Shown: positions 25,139 to 33,596, counted from the stretch's first letter. The stretch: 37,614 nt of DNA from Caecitellus pseudoparvulus (GCA_965644315.1 CBFFRQ010000119.1:1-37614), one strand, 5' to 3'. The notes: a model not told the origin generated them from the sequence alone. Numbers and translations are program-made.

Positions 25139-26842
25139 CTACTTGCCAGCGCCCGCTGACGGCACTGTGGAGAAGCTGCCGCTGCCGAAGTACTTGGCGT
25201 TGGCGGCCTTGACTCGCTCCGCGGCAGCGTCGGGGTTCACCAGCTCCATGCCCTGCACGGGAGTGAAGGCGATGGTGGAGGCGAGGCCGTGCGTGGCGGC
25301 GGAGGCTGCGCCGGCGTCCACCCGGCGTTTCTTGAGGATCTTCTGGTTGGCAGCCTTGACGCGGACGCCGCCCCCCACGTCCTGGTTCAGCATGCCGCGG
25401 TCCATGCCCATGGCGACGTCTCCATATTCCGCAGCACTCTCCGACGTCGACAGGCGGTTCGCTGCCTTGCGCACCGCCGTCAGCCCCAGGCGCTCCTTCA
25501 ACGCACGGTACCGCCGCCCTCCACGCTTGCGGGAGGGCTTGTCGTCAGGGCGTGGCCGGGGCTTCACGGTGCGTGAGGGGGGGGGCGCCTGGCGCCGCTC
25601 CAGCTCCGAAGCAATTTCCGCAACGTACTTCTGCCCCACGCTGCCGTCGGGCGCGCCCTGCATGCTGTCCACGCGTGCCGCCAGGACGACCTTGTTGGCC
25701 ACCAGCTTGCCCGCCTTCAGGCGCAGGTCGGGGGGGGCCGTCCCCACCACAGGCGCGCCGTACACCACCCCCCGGTGCAGGCTAGCAGCCCGGGCGGACT
25801 GCCCCCCCAGCGCCTTGCGCTCCTGCCCCAGCACCTGCACCGTGCTGCCGGGGATGCGGGACAGCGCCACCAGTCCGCCGGCAATGCCGATGAGCTGGGC
25901 GGCGATGGTGTGGCCCAGGATGGCCGTGACGTTGGGCGCCACCACCGCCATGAAGGACTCGATGAAACGCAGGAAGGCGCCCTTCTCCGCCAGCAGCGCC
26001 TGCACCTCGTCGCACGCCTCGCGCACCGCCTGCAGGTCGGCGGCAGGCAGGGTGCCGGTGGCGCTGGCGGAGCCCGTGATGGTGATCACCATCACCACAC
26101 TCTGCGGCAGCACCTCGCCCAGCGGCTCGGCCAGCGACGCCATGTCCGTCTCATTGCCGATGATGCGCACGGTGTTGACGAACTTCACGACGTCCGGCAC
26201 GATCTGCTCCAGCTCCGGGAACTTGTCCGCGTACACGTCTGCGATGAAGCGGTGCAGCGCCAGCACCTCCTCCTGCATCGCGTGCATGGTGGCGTTGGCA
26301 GCTACCATGGCCTTGTACGTGGGGTCCAGCTCCAGGGGCTTGCTGAGGGCGTGGCCGACGTTGCCTGCCGCCAGGCGGTCGCGGATTTCACGTAGCTGCG
26401 CCTGGTACTCGCTGCTGCTGCGGATGGCCTTGATGCTGCGCAGGCGGGCGCCTGCCGAGGAGGGTGCGGAAATCGCTCCGCCACCCTCGCCGGCCTGTCC
26501 GCTGCCCTGCGCACTGCCGGACGCAGCGGGCTGCACAGACGCGGCAGAGGGTGTAGAAGATTGCGCTGCTTTAACTGTTTCACCCTCCCCTGTCGTCGTG
26601 GCTTCCGCTGTGGCCTGGGCTGGTGGCCCAGACACTTGCCCTGGTTCGCCCATCGCCGGTGCCGCGCCGGTGGCCCCCCCTTCCCCGCCCCCCTTCTCCT
26701 CCTCCTCTTCGTCATCTAGGTCCGCTAAGAAGTCCTCCTCCAACAGTGTCGGCTCGGCCAGTGCCTGGGGTGGTGTGTGAGTCGCGTGCGTGGGTGTGTG
26801 CCGGCGTCTGTTGGAGTGTATGGGCGGGGTGCCACGCACCAT
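25139..26842 (-). CDS. PRP31: U4/U6 snRNP protein Prp31; coding exon 1 is the ATG only (26842-26840), intron 26839-26765, exon 2 26764-25139
   Basis: N-terminal LEEDFLADLDD, NOSIC region (YADKFPELEQIV), Nop domain (VAPNVTAILGHTIAAQLIGIAGGLVALSRIP...LAARVD), RKRGGRRYR and the C-terminal GLASTIAFTPVQGMELVNP. Confidence 0.95.
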   Translation of the reverse strand: MVRGTPPIHSNRRRHTPTHATHTPPQALAEPTLLEEDFLADLDDEEEEEKGGGEGGATGAAPAMGEPGQVSGPPAQATAEATTTGEGETVKAAQSSTPSAASVQPAASGSAQGSGQAGEGGGAISAPSSAGARLRSIKAIRSSSEYQAQLREIRDRLAAGNVGHALSKPLELDPTYKAMVAANATMHAMQEEVLALHRFIADVYADKFPELEQIVPDVVKFVNTVRIIGNETDMASLAEPLGEVLPQSVVMVITITGSASATGTLPAADLQAVREACDEVQALLAEKGAFLRFIESFMAVVAPNVTAILGHTIAAQLIGIAGGLVALSRIPGSTVQVLGQERKALGGQSARAASLHRGVVYGAPVVGTAPPDLRLKAGKLVANKVVLAARVDSMQGAPDGSVGQKYVAEIASELERRQAPPPSRTVKPRPRPDDKPSRKRGGRRYRALKERLGLTAVRKAANRLSTSESAAEYGDVAMGMDRGMLNQDVGGGVRVKAANQKILKKRRVDAGAASAATHGLASTIAFTPVQGMELVNPDAAAERVKAANAKYFGSGSFSTVPSAGAGK

Positions 26843-27119
26843 GGTTGGGCGATTGCTGTGTGGGGCGAGTGTGCGGGGGAGAGAGTGCTCGCCAGGGCAA
26901 AGACACTGCCCAGGCGGTGTGCGGGGGCGGGGCTGCTTCCCTGGCGCAGTGGGGCGGCAGGCAGTGGAAAGTGTCTGATGAGCGCCACTGCGGGGGACGG
27001 TCGTGCTGATGCTGGCCCGTTGCCTCGTTTCCGCACGGACGAAGGGCTGGGCGGGGTGCGTTCCCAGCTGCGTCGCGAGAGTGTGAGCCAGCATAGCGCA
27101 GCCGTCTCTCAGCACCTAA

Positions 27120-27650
27120 CGGTGCATCCGAGCACTATGAGGGAAGGCGAAGTGGTCTGGCGTGCACGAAGGAATCAGAACAGCCCTTGAAGAACCACGG
27201 AAACATCCGGTTCATGATTCGTTGAGCCAGGTGGGTGGCAGATTGTGTGCGGAGATATGTGGGGGAGTCAACGCTGTTCCTTTTCTCTGGATCACCGAAC
27301 CAGGCAGCGTCTCTCCAGCTCTGGGCGACGTGTCTGCGCTCGCCTCCCCAATGGCCGCATTTACCTTCCTGCAGCGTACCAGGTCACGGGCCTGTATCGC
27401 GCAGTCAGCGGATGGGCGGGGTCCCAGCACGGTCCCAGCATGCTGCAAGCAGCAGCGCAGGTGAGCAGCCCAGTCCAATCTCGGCGGCAGCTGTGTTGCG
27501 CGACAGATCTGGGGCAGCAGCTGCGAACGGCACGCAGCGGGTGAGGAGTACAGGGAGTCAGGCATGGGCCAGCGTGAGAGACTGGGCGCACATCGCTGCT
27601 GTACATTCCAACTGCTGCGCTACAGCCTGCCTCGTTGGAGCACCTTGGGT
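27120..27650. repeat. Dispersed repeat R, copy 1 (3' flank of NTPase copy A)
   Basis: Aligns by eye with 37304-37614 and with about 30145-30570. Shared words include ttcctgcagcgt, ggcggggtcccagc, cagcatgctgcaag, gcgacagatct and cattccaact. Confidence 0.85.
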
Positions 27651-27828
27651 CCACGGCGAGACTGCACGCTGAGAACCCTCACTATATCAGGGTTGGAGAC
27701 CTTTACCCATCGTTGCCGCACAGCACTGACTCGTGGGTGGACCGCACAAGCACACCTCCCATGGGGCTCTTCATCATCGCTGAGTCATTGACACTGGGCA
27801 TCTCAGCCTTGCTCGCTGTCGTCTGCAT

Positions 27829-29490
27829 TCACGCCACAGTGTCAGGGTGCACAGCCGCGCACATGTACTTGCGGTACGCTTGCAGGGTGCCCAGGCTCAG
27901 ATCACCGGGGTGGAGCACAAGCCACCCAGCATCCATGGCAGTGTTGACGCACTGCAGAGCGGCAAGGGCTGATGCCTGGTGAGCGGCGCTGCCACCTGCT
28001 GCAGCTGCAGCCTGTTGTGCCTGGCGGGCAATGCACGCTTCAAGGGACCTGTTGAACGCTCTCCTGGTCACGGTGTACCGCTCAGAGCGGAAGGTGAGCA
28101 GGGTGTCCTTGGCCAGCTGCTCTTTCTTCTCATGTGGCAGGATCTCCAAAAAGGCACCCAACGCCAGGTTGAGCGTGGGTGCACAGTGACCAGAGACAGC
28201 TTTGCGTGCAGTTCCTTCCATGAATACTGGCCATGTCCATGGCTCCCGACATGCGCGAACAAGCTTGCGCGCCGCGTTGGCGAGATCTCGGGGTGTTTGC
28301 CCATACTGCTCCATGATGTGCACCAGGAAAGCGTCCAGCTTCTGTTCAGGGCTTGCTCCAGCATCTCCCTTCCAGCCCCCCAGGCACAGCTTATCGAGAT
28401 CCCTCGCCACCCGAAGCGCCTCCTCCGACGGCTGCTGGTCAAGGTGGCGCCGGAAGAGGGAGAATGAGCGGTCCACCTTCCTGCACATGTGCGTGAGGAG
28501 GAAGGCCATGAGGGACGTGCGGCTCCAAGCAGGCCCCCCCACGCGAGTGCACTGTAGCAAGGCCTTGTTCCAGTTCTTTCGAAGCTCGTGATGTGTGAAG
28601 CGGGGCGGGAACTCATGAGGACCTCCGTCGTCTTCGAACAGTTGGTCGGCACGCTGGAAGGCTGTGCACAAGAACACGCCAACAGCAGGGTACCTCAAGG
28701 ACAGTAGCTGCCGCAGCTGGAAGCACCACAGGTCTGCACATTCCCGTGTGAAGTGCTGGCCCTGGAACAGGCAGTCGGCCCCGTCAATGAGCACAATGAC
28801 GGCGATGTTGGCTTCTCTCAACACGGCGCTCGCCAGGCCCAGCCAATCGTCTGTTTCTTCGTCGACTAGAACTGCGCACACCTCAGGCGACAGCTCTGAG
28901 GGGGCAGCGCTAGCAGCATCGCCCTCTGCTGACGCCATGGCCAGCAGGTGCTCCACATCAACCCTCCCCCGAGGTTCGCCATGTGCAGCGCTGGCCAGCA
29001 GCCCCAGCACCCTCGTGACAGACTCACACCCTTTCAGCTCTGAGAGCTTGCTTGCGACTGACCCAAGTAGCCATTCATAAAAGCTCTTAGTGTTGGAAGG
29101 CTTGTGCACCGCAAGGTTGATGCTGCAGCACAGGGTGTGCCTGTCACCTCTCGCTCTGGCGTTCCTCACAGCTGCCTGCCTGGCATATGCCTCCTGCAGG
29201 TGGGTCTTCCCAACGCCGCTGGGACCTGTCAGGAGGTAGGCTTGGGGCCCTGTGGCCTGACTGTGCAGTTCCTCCACCATATCCGTCAGATTTTCTAAGG
29301 CTGGCAGCAGGTGATCAATCGGCACGAAGGGGTGGGTGGCGTCGGCTGCCATATCAGCCAACCAAGCCTCGTCCTCCTTGGGTATGGCTTGATGAGTGCA
29401 TACGGGCTGCGTACCAGCACACATCTTCTCAAAGGGACCAGGTTGTTGTGTGCCACGTAGGGGATGTGCGAGAGCAGCTGCTTCTTCCAT
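27829..29490 (-). CDS. P-loop NTPase copy A (553 aa), truncated and nuclease-less; possibly a pseudogene
   Basis: Walker A LLTGPSGVGKT and Walker B IAVIVLIDGAD. Near-identical to 31530-33045. The TGA at 27829-27831 aligns with a Trp codon of copy B, and homology continues in frame beyond it to about 27710. Confidence 0.75.
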   Translation of the reverse strand: MEEAAALAHPLRGTQQPGPFEKMCAGTQPVCTHQAIPKEDEAWLADMAADATHPFVPIDHLLPALENLTDMVEELHSQATGPQAYLLTGPSGVGKTHLQEAYARQAAVRNARARGDRHTLCCSINLAVHKPSNTKSFYEWLLGSVASKLSELKGCESVTRVLGLLASAAHGEPRGRVDVEHLLAMASAEGDAASAAPSELSPEVCAVLVDEETDDWLGLASAVLREANIAVIVLIDGADCLFQGQHFTRECADLWCFQLRQLLSLRYPAVGVFLCTAFQRADQLFEDDGGPHEFPPRFTHHELRKNWNKALLQCTRVGGPAWSRTSLMAFLLTHMCRKVDRSFSLFRRHLDQQPSEEALRVARDLDKLCLGGWKGDAGASPEQKLDAFLVHIMEQYGQTPRDLANAARKLVRACREPWTWPVFMEGTARKAVSGHCAPTLNLALGAFLEILPHEKKEQLAKDTLLTFRSERYTVTRRAFNRSLEACIARQAQQAAAAAGGSAAHQASALAALQCVNTAMDAGWLVLHPGDLSLGTLQAYRKYMCAAVHPDTVA

Positions 29491-29559
29491 GCCTGAGAGT
29501 CAATGCGAAGATCGTGCCTTCGTCGTTTGCGCGGCAACGCAGGCTCGAGCGCACGCGAG

Positions 29560-29845
29560 CGGCACCACGCCATGCCATGAGACTGCACTCACTGTTGACT
29601 TTGAGTGTCGAAATGGACGTTTGGAGGTGTAGTCAAGAGAAATGGCCGCAGATTCGCCAGACAGGGCGCTGGTAACGTGTGGCCTGCGGAAATTGAGCAG
29701 CCACCGACGTACGACGCAACGTGCAGTGTGCGCAGCCAGAGGGAAGGCAAATCGCAGGCAAGGCCGGGAAAGGGTATATTGGCACAGGGAGAGAGCACAA
29801 AATTGTCCGTGAGCAGGTTTGCGGTTTGTGGATTGTGGCAGGGAG
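29560..29845. repeat. Shared upstream (promoter-side) flank U, copy 1
   Basis: Diverged but colinear with about 33310-33596 (cactcactg, gagtgtc, ggtgtagYcaagag, aatggcc, tcgcaggcaagg, aaagggta, ttggcacaggga). Confidence 0.8.
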
Positions 29846-30144
29846 TGGACTCCACTCAGCAGAGTGGTGCCAGTGGTGGGTGAGAGAGGCTGGAGGGGAG
29901 GGGGGTGCCGTGGCCGCAGTGACACGGGTGGGCTCACTGGCCCGCTTGGCAGTCTGTGTGCTGCCTTTGGACCGCATGGAGGGCGTGGTGGGCGTTGATT
30001 GACCGGAGAGGTGCACCTCTAGCGAGGGTGCGGCTGGCACTTCGAGGAAGCGGGCGGTGCGACACCGCGGCAGCCCACCGCACCTGTCAGATGGACAGGG
30101 TGTTTGCGGCTCAGTTAGGGCTATCATGGTGCAGCTTGAGCCTC

Positions 30145-30570
30145 CTTGGCGTGCACTGGGGGGATCCAACTGGATCTGTGCTTGATTCCGAGGGCTGTAC
30201 AGGTGGTGTGTGTGTTAGACTACGCGAGTCCAGTACTGTGCGACTGGACTGCGCGCTTGCGCCCCCTGACTGCAAAAAGCTTCCTGCAGCGTGCCAGATC
30301 ATGGACCTGTGTCGTCCAGTCAGTGAGTGGGCGGGGTCCCAGCAGGGTTCCAGCATGCTGCAAGTAGCAGCAGCGCAGGAAATCAGCCCAGTCCACTCTG
30401 TGCGGCAGCTCCTCGCGCGACAGATCTTGGGCAGCAGCGGCGAGCGGCAGGCAGCGGGTGAAGAGTGCAGCGTACCAGGTACGGCGCAGGCGTGAGAGTC
30501 TGGGCGCACGGTGCTGCTGTGCATTCCAACTACTGTGTTACAGCCCGCTTTGTTGGTGCACTCTGGATCG
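30145..30570. repeat. Dispersed repeat R, copy 2 (3' flank of NTPase copy B)
   Basis: 30229-30570 is clearly colinear with 27314-27650. Weaker similarity extends back to about 30145 (tggcgtgcac). Confidence 0.8.
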
Positions 30571-33264
30571 GGGAGACGGTCCGTCGTGTGCTTTACCTCT
30601 GTGTACCGGTCCTCCTGGTAGTTCGGGGACATTCGTAGAAGCCAAACGAGGCCACAGCCAAATGCCCATTTCAGCACACACAATCCCCAGCCACGCCCAA
30701 TAGCCTTTCAGATCGAGACCATCAATGACTTGGATGCCCTTCTCATGCGCTTTGCGCTTTGTGTCGGGTGATGCGACGTGTGTCATGGCAACACACGCTC
30801 CACCATCCTCGAAGCGGACAGTTCCACTTTCAAAGAGCTCCTTGAGCTTCTCTGCTACCAACTGCTTGTCGTCCAACACATGCCACCCGTTTCTGCAAGC
30901 AATGATTGCGACAGCAATGATGTCCCACACCGCCCTGACCACTGGCAGGTGAATGTTCTCCAGATGAGCTGCCTCTCCAATTCTGAAGTTTGCTACACCC
31001 AGGAGCTTGACTGATGCACCCCGCAGACAGTGACCAGCTCTTTCTTGGTGGTAAGGGTTCTTCAGTGTATCCTGGGTGGCTCGCTTTACCTGAACTCGCA
31101 CGACCTTGACAGTCATGTTTGTCCCCCAAACACTCGGAAAAACTCCAATAAGATCGGCTCCGTACTTGTCGGGCGATTCTTTTACCCAGAAACCACCCTG
31201 GGTGAGAGTCAAGAGCTCCTGTAGTTCACGGGGAGCCTTCTTGAGCGACTCGCACGCAGCCTCGGCACGGGCAAGCCAGATTTCACCATCTTCAGCTGCT
31301 GCGCCACCTCCAGCGACGGTCCTTTCCAGCAACGTAATTAACAACTCCACAAGCTGTCCAGCAACTGAGTCATCGTTGCCGCACAGCACTGACCCGCCAA
31401 CGAGCTGTACAAGGACACCTCCCTTGAACCTAGGCATCCTCGCTAAGGCACGGGCAATAGGCAACTCAGCCTGCTTGCCAAACTCACCTTCCCGCATCCA
31501 CGTAGTGATGTCACGGTGCACACGGCCAAACATGTACTCCCGGTATGCTTGCAGGGTGCCCAGGCTCAGATCACCGGGGTGGAGCACAAGCCACCCAGCA
31601 TCCATGGCAGTGTTGACGCACTGCAGAGCGGCAAGGGCTGATGCCTGGTGAGCGGCGCTGCCACCTGCTGCAGCTGCAGCCTGTTGTGCCTGGCGGGCAA
31701 TGCACGCTTCAAGGGACCTGTTGAACGCTCTCCTGGTCACGGTGTACCGCTCAGAGCGGAAGGTGAGCAGGGTGTCCTTGGCCAGCTGCTCTTTCTTCTC
31801 ATGTGGCAGGATCTCCAAAAAGGCACCCAACGCCAGGTTGAGCGTGGGTGCACAGTGACCAGAGACAGCTTTGCGTGCAGTTCCTTCCATGAATACTGGC
31901 CATGTCCATGGCTCCCGACATGCGCGAACAAGCTTGCGCGCCGCGTTGGCGAGATCTCGGGGTGTTTGCCCATACTGCTCCATGATGTGCACCAGGAAAG
32001 CGTCCAGCTTCTGTTCAGGGCTTGCTCCAGCATCTCCCTTCCAGCCCCCCAGGCACAGCTTATCGAGATCCCTCGCCACCCGAAGCGCCTCCTCCGACGG
32101 CTGCTGGTCAAGGTGGCGCCGGAAGAGGGAGAATGAGCGGTCCACCTTCCTGCACATGTGTGTGAGGAGGAAGGCCATGAGGGACGTGCGGCTCCAAGCA
32201 GGCCCCCCCACGCGAGTGCACTGTAGCAAGGCCTTGTTCCAGTTCTTTCGAAGCTCGTGATGTGTGAAGCGGGGCGGGAACTCATGAGGACCTCCGTCGT
32301 CTTCGAACAGTTGGTCGGCACGCTGGAAGGCTGTGCACAAGAACACGCCAACAGCAGGGTACCTCAAGGACAGTAGCTGCCGCAGCTGGAAGCACCACAG
32401 GTCTGCACATTCCCGTGTGAAGTGCTGGCCCTGGAACAGGCAGTCGGCCCCGTCAATGAGCACAATGACGGCGATGTTGGCTTCTCTCAACACGGCGCTC
32501 GCCAGGCCCAGCCAATCGTCTGTTTCTTCGTCGACTAGAACTGCGCACACCTCAGGCGACAGCTCTGAGGGGGCAGCGCTAGCAGCATCGCCCTCTGCTG
32601 ACGCCATGGCCAGCAGGTGCTCCACATCAACCCTCCCCCGAGGTTCGCCATGTGCAGCGCTGGCCAGCAGCCCCAGCACCCTCGTGACAGACTCACACCC
32701 TTTCAGCTCTGAGAGCTTTCTTGAGATCGACCCGAGCAGCCATTCATAAAAGCTCTTAGTGTTGGAAGGATCGCGCGCCTCAAGGTTGATGCTGCAGCAC
32801 AGGGTGTGCCTGTCACCTCTCGCTCTGGCGTTCCTCACAGCTGCCTGCCTGGCATATGCCTCCTGCAGGTGGGTCTTCCCAACGCCGCTGGGACCTGTCA
32901 GGAGGTAGGCTTGGGGCCCTGTGGCCTGACTGTGCAGTTCCTCCACCATATCCGTCAGATTTTCTAAGGCTGGCAGCAGGTGATCAATCGGCACGAAGGG
33001 GTGGGTGGTGTCGGCTGCCATATCAGCCAACCAGGCTTTGTCCTCCTCGGACATTGCTTCGTAGCTCCGGAAGACATCGCCCATTGCGAGCTGTGGGCCT
33101 TGTCTTGCCATTGCCTCGGCAATTCTTTGTGAGCGCCGTGGTAGTGGACCCCCAGTGTCTTCCTTGGGTTCGCGGTTTAGGGTTGGCAAGGGCAGCCCCG
33201 CAGCGCAAAGTTCCTCGAACGACAACGGAGCGCTTGACCCGGCACCAGCCGCCGCCGCCATCAT
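30538..33264 (-). CDS. P-loop (STAND-like) NTPase fused to a C-terminal Mrr-type PD-(D/E)xK endonuclease domain, copy B (~908 aa), intronless
   Basis: Walker A GPSGVGKT and Walker B VLIDGAD. The C-terminus has FGKQAELPIARAL, then DKYGADLIGV, VVRVQVKR and CVAMTHVASPDTKRKAHEKGIQVIDGLDL, the motif order of Mrr_cat nucleases. First ATG at 33264. Confidence 0.75.
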   Translation of the reverse strand: MMAAAAGAGSSAPLSFEELCAAGLPLPTLNREPKEDTGGPLPRRSQRIAEAMARQGPQLAMGDVFRSYEAMSEEDKAWLADMAADTTHPFVPIDHLLPALENLTDMVEELHSQATGPQAYLLTGPSGVGKTHLQEAYARQAAVRNARARGDRHTLCCSINLEARDPSNTKSFYEWLLGSISRKLSELKGCESVTRVLGLLASAAHGEPRGRVDVEHLLAMASAEGDAASAAPSELSPEVCAVLVDEETDDWLGLASAVLREANIAVIVLIDGADCLFQGQHFTRECADLWCFQLRQLLSLRYPAVGVFLCTAFQRADQLFEDDGGPHEFPPRFTHHELRKNWNKALLQCTRVGGPAWSRTSLMAFLLTHMCRKVDRSFSLFRRHLDQQPSEEALRVARDLDKLCLGGWKGDAGASPEQKLDAFLVHIMEQYGQTPRDLANAARKLVRACREPWTWPVFMEGTARKAVSGHCAPTLNLALGAFLEILPHEKKEQLAKDTLLTFRSERYTVTRRAFNRSLEACIARQAQQAAAAAGGSAAHQASALAALQCVNTAMDAGWLVLHPGDLSLGTLQAYREYMFGRVHRDITTWMREGEFGKQAELPIARALARMPRFKGGVLVQLVGGSVLCGNDDSVAGQLVELLITLLERTVAGGGAAAEDGEIWLARAEAACESLKKAPRELQELLTLTQGGFWVKESPDKYGADLIGVFPSVWGTNMTVKVVRVQVKRATQDTLKNPYHQERAGHCLRGASVKLLGVANFRIGEAAHLENIHLPVVRAVWDIIAVAIIACRNGWHVLDDKQLVAEKLKELFESGTVRFEDGGACVAMTHVASPDTKRKAHEKGIQVIDGLDLKGYWAWLGIVCAEMGIWLWPRLASTNVPELPGGPVHRGKAHDGPSPRSRVHQQSGL

Positions 33265-33309
33265 CTGTGACAACGCAAAGTCATAGTTCCACGCATGAGG
33301 ATTTATGAG

Positions 33310-33596
33310 CCACGCAACGCCACGCCACAAAACTACACTCACTGATAATTCCGAGTGTCAAGAAACCAATTTTTCGGTGTAGCCAAGAGGAATGGCCACA
33401 GGTACGCTAGATTCGGCTCTTGCAAAGTTGCAACTTTGCGGAATTTGAGCACGTCGCAACCATGCGGCGCAAAGATACCGTGTGCGCCGTAAGAGGGCTA
33501 GCCAGTCGCAGGCAAGGGCGAGAAAGGGTAGTTTGGCACAGGGAAAATGCACAGGATTGGTCGGTAAATGGTGTGCGGCAAGTGAAATGTGCTGGG
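33310..33596. repeat. Shared upstream flank U, copy 2
   Basis: Colinear with 29560-29845. Confidence 0.8.
33422..33439. promoter_or_regulatory. Perfect 18-bp palindrome GCAAAGTTGCAACTTTGC upstream of NTPase-nuclease copy B
   Basis: The palindrome is read directly from the sequence. A regulatory role is inference only. Confidence 0.35.

Noticed and set aside
25074-26780. 568-aa plus-strand ORF
   Set aside because: Antisense shadow of the GC-rich PRP31 coding sequence with no recognisable motifs. The same applies to most overlapping ORFs in the track.
26843-27115. N-terminal extension of PRP31 from the ATG at 27115
   Set aside because: Not Prp31-like. The ATG-intron model at 26842 gives the canonical N-terminus.
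27212-27672. Protein-coding function for repeat R
   Set aside because: Copies differ by frame-breaking indels and no reading frame is shared among all three.
27829-27831. TGA read as Trp or selenocysteine in NTPase copy A
   Set aside because: TGA terminates ERG24, MCU and other genes here. The read-through sequence is degenerate, hits TAA about 40 codons later and lacks the nuclease core.
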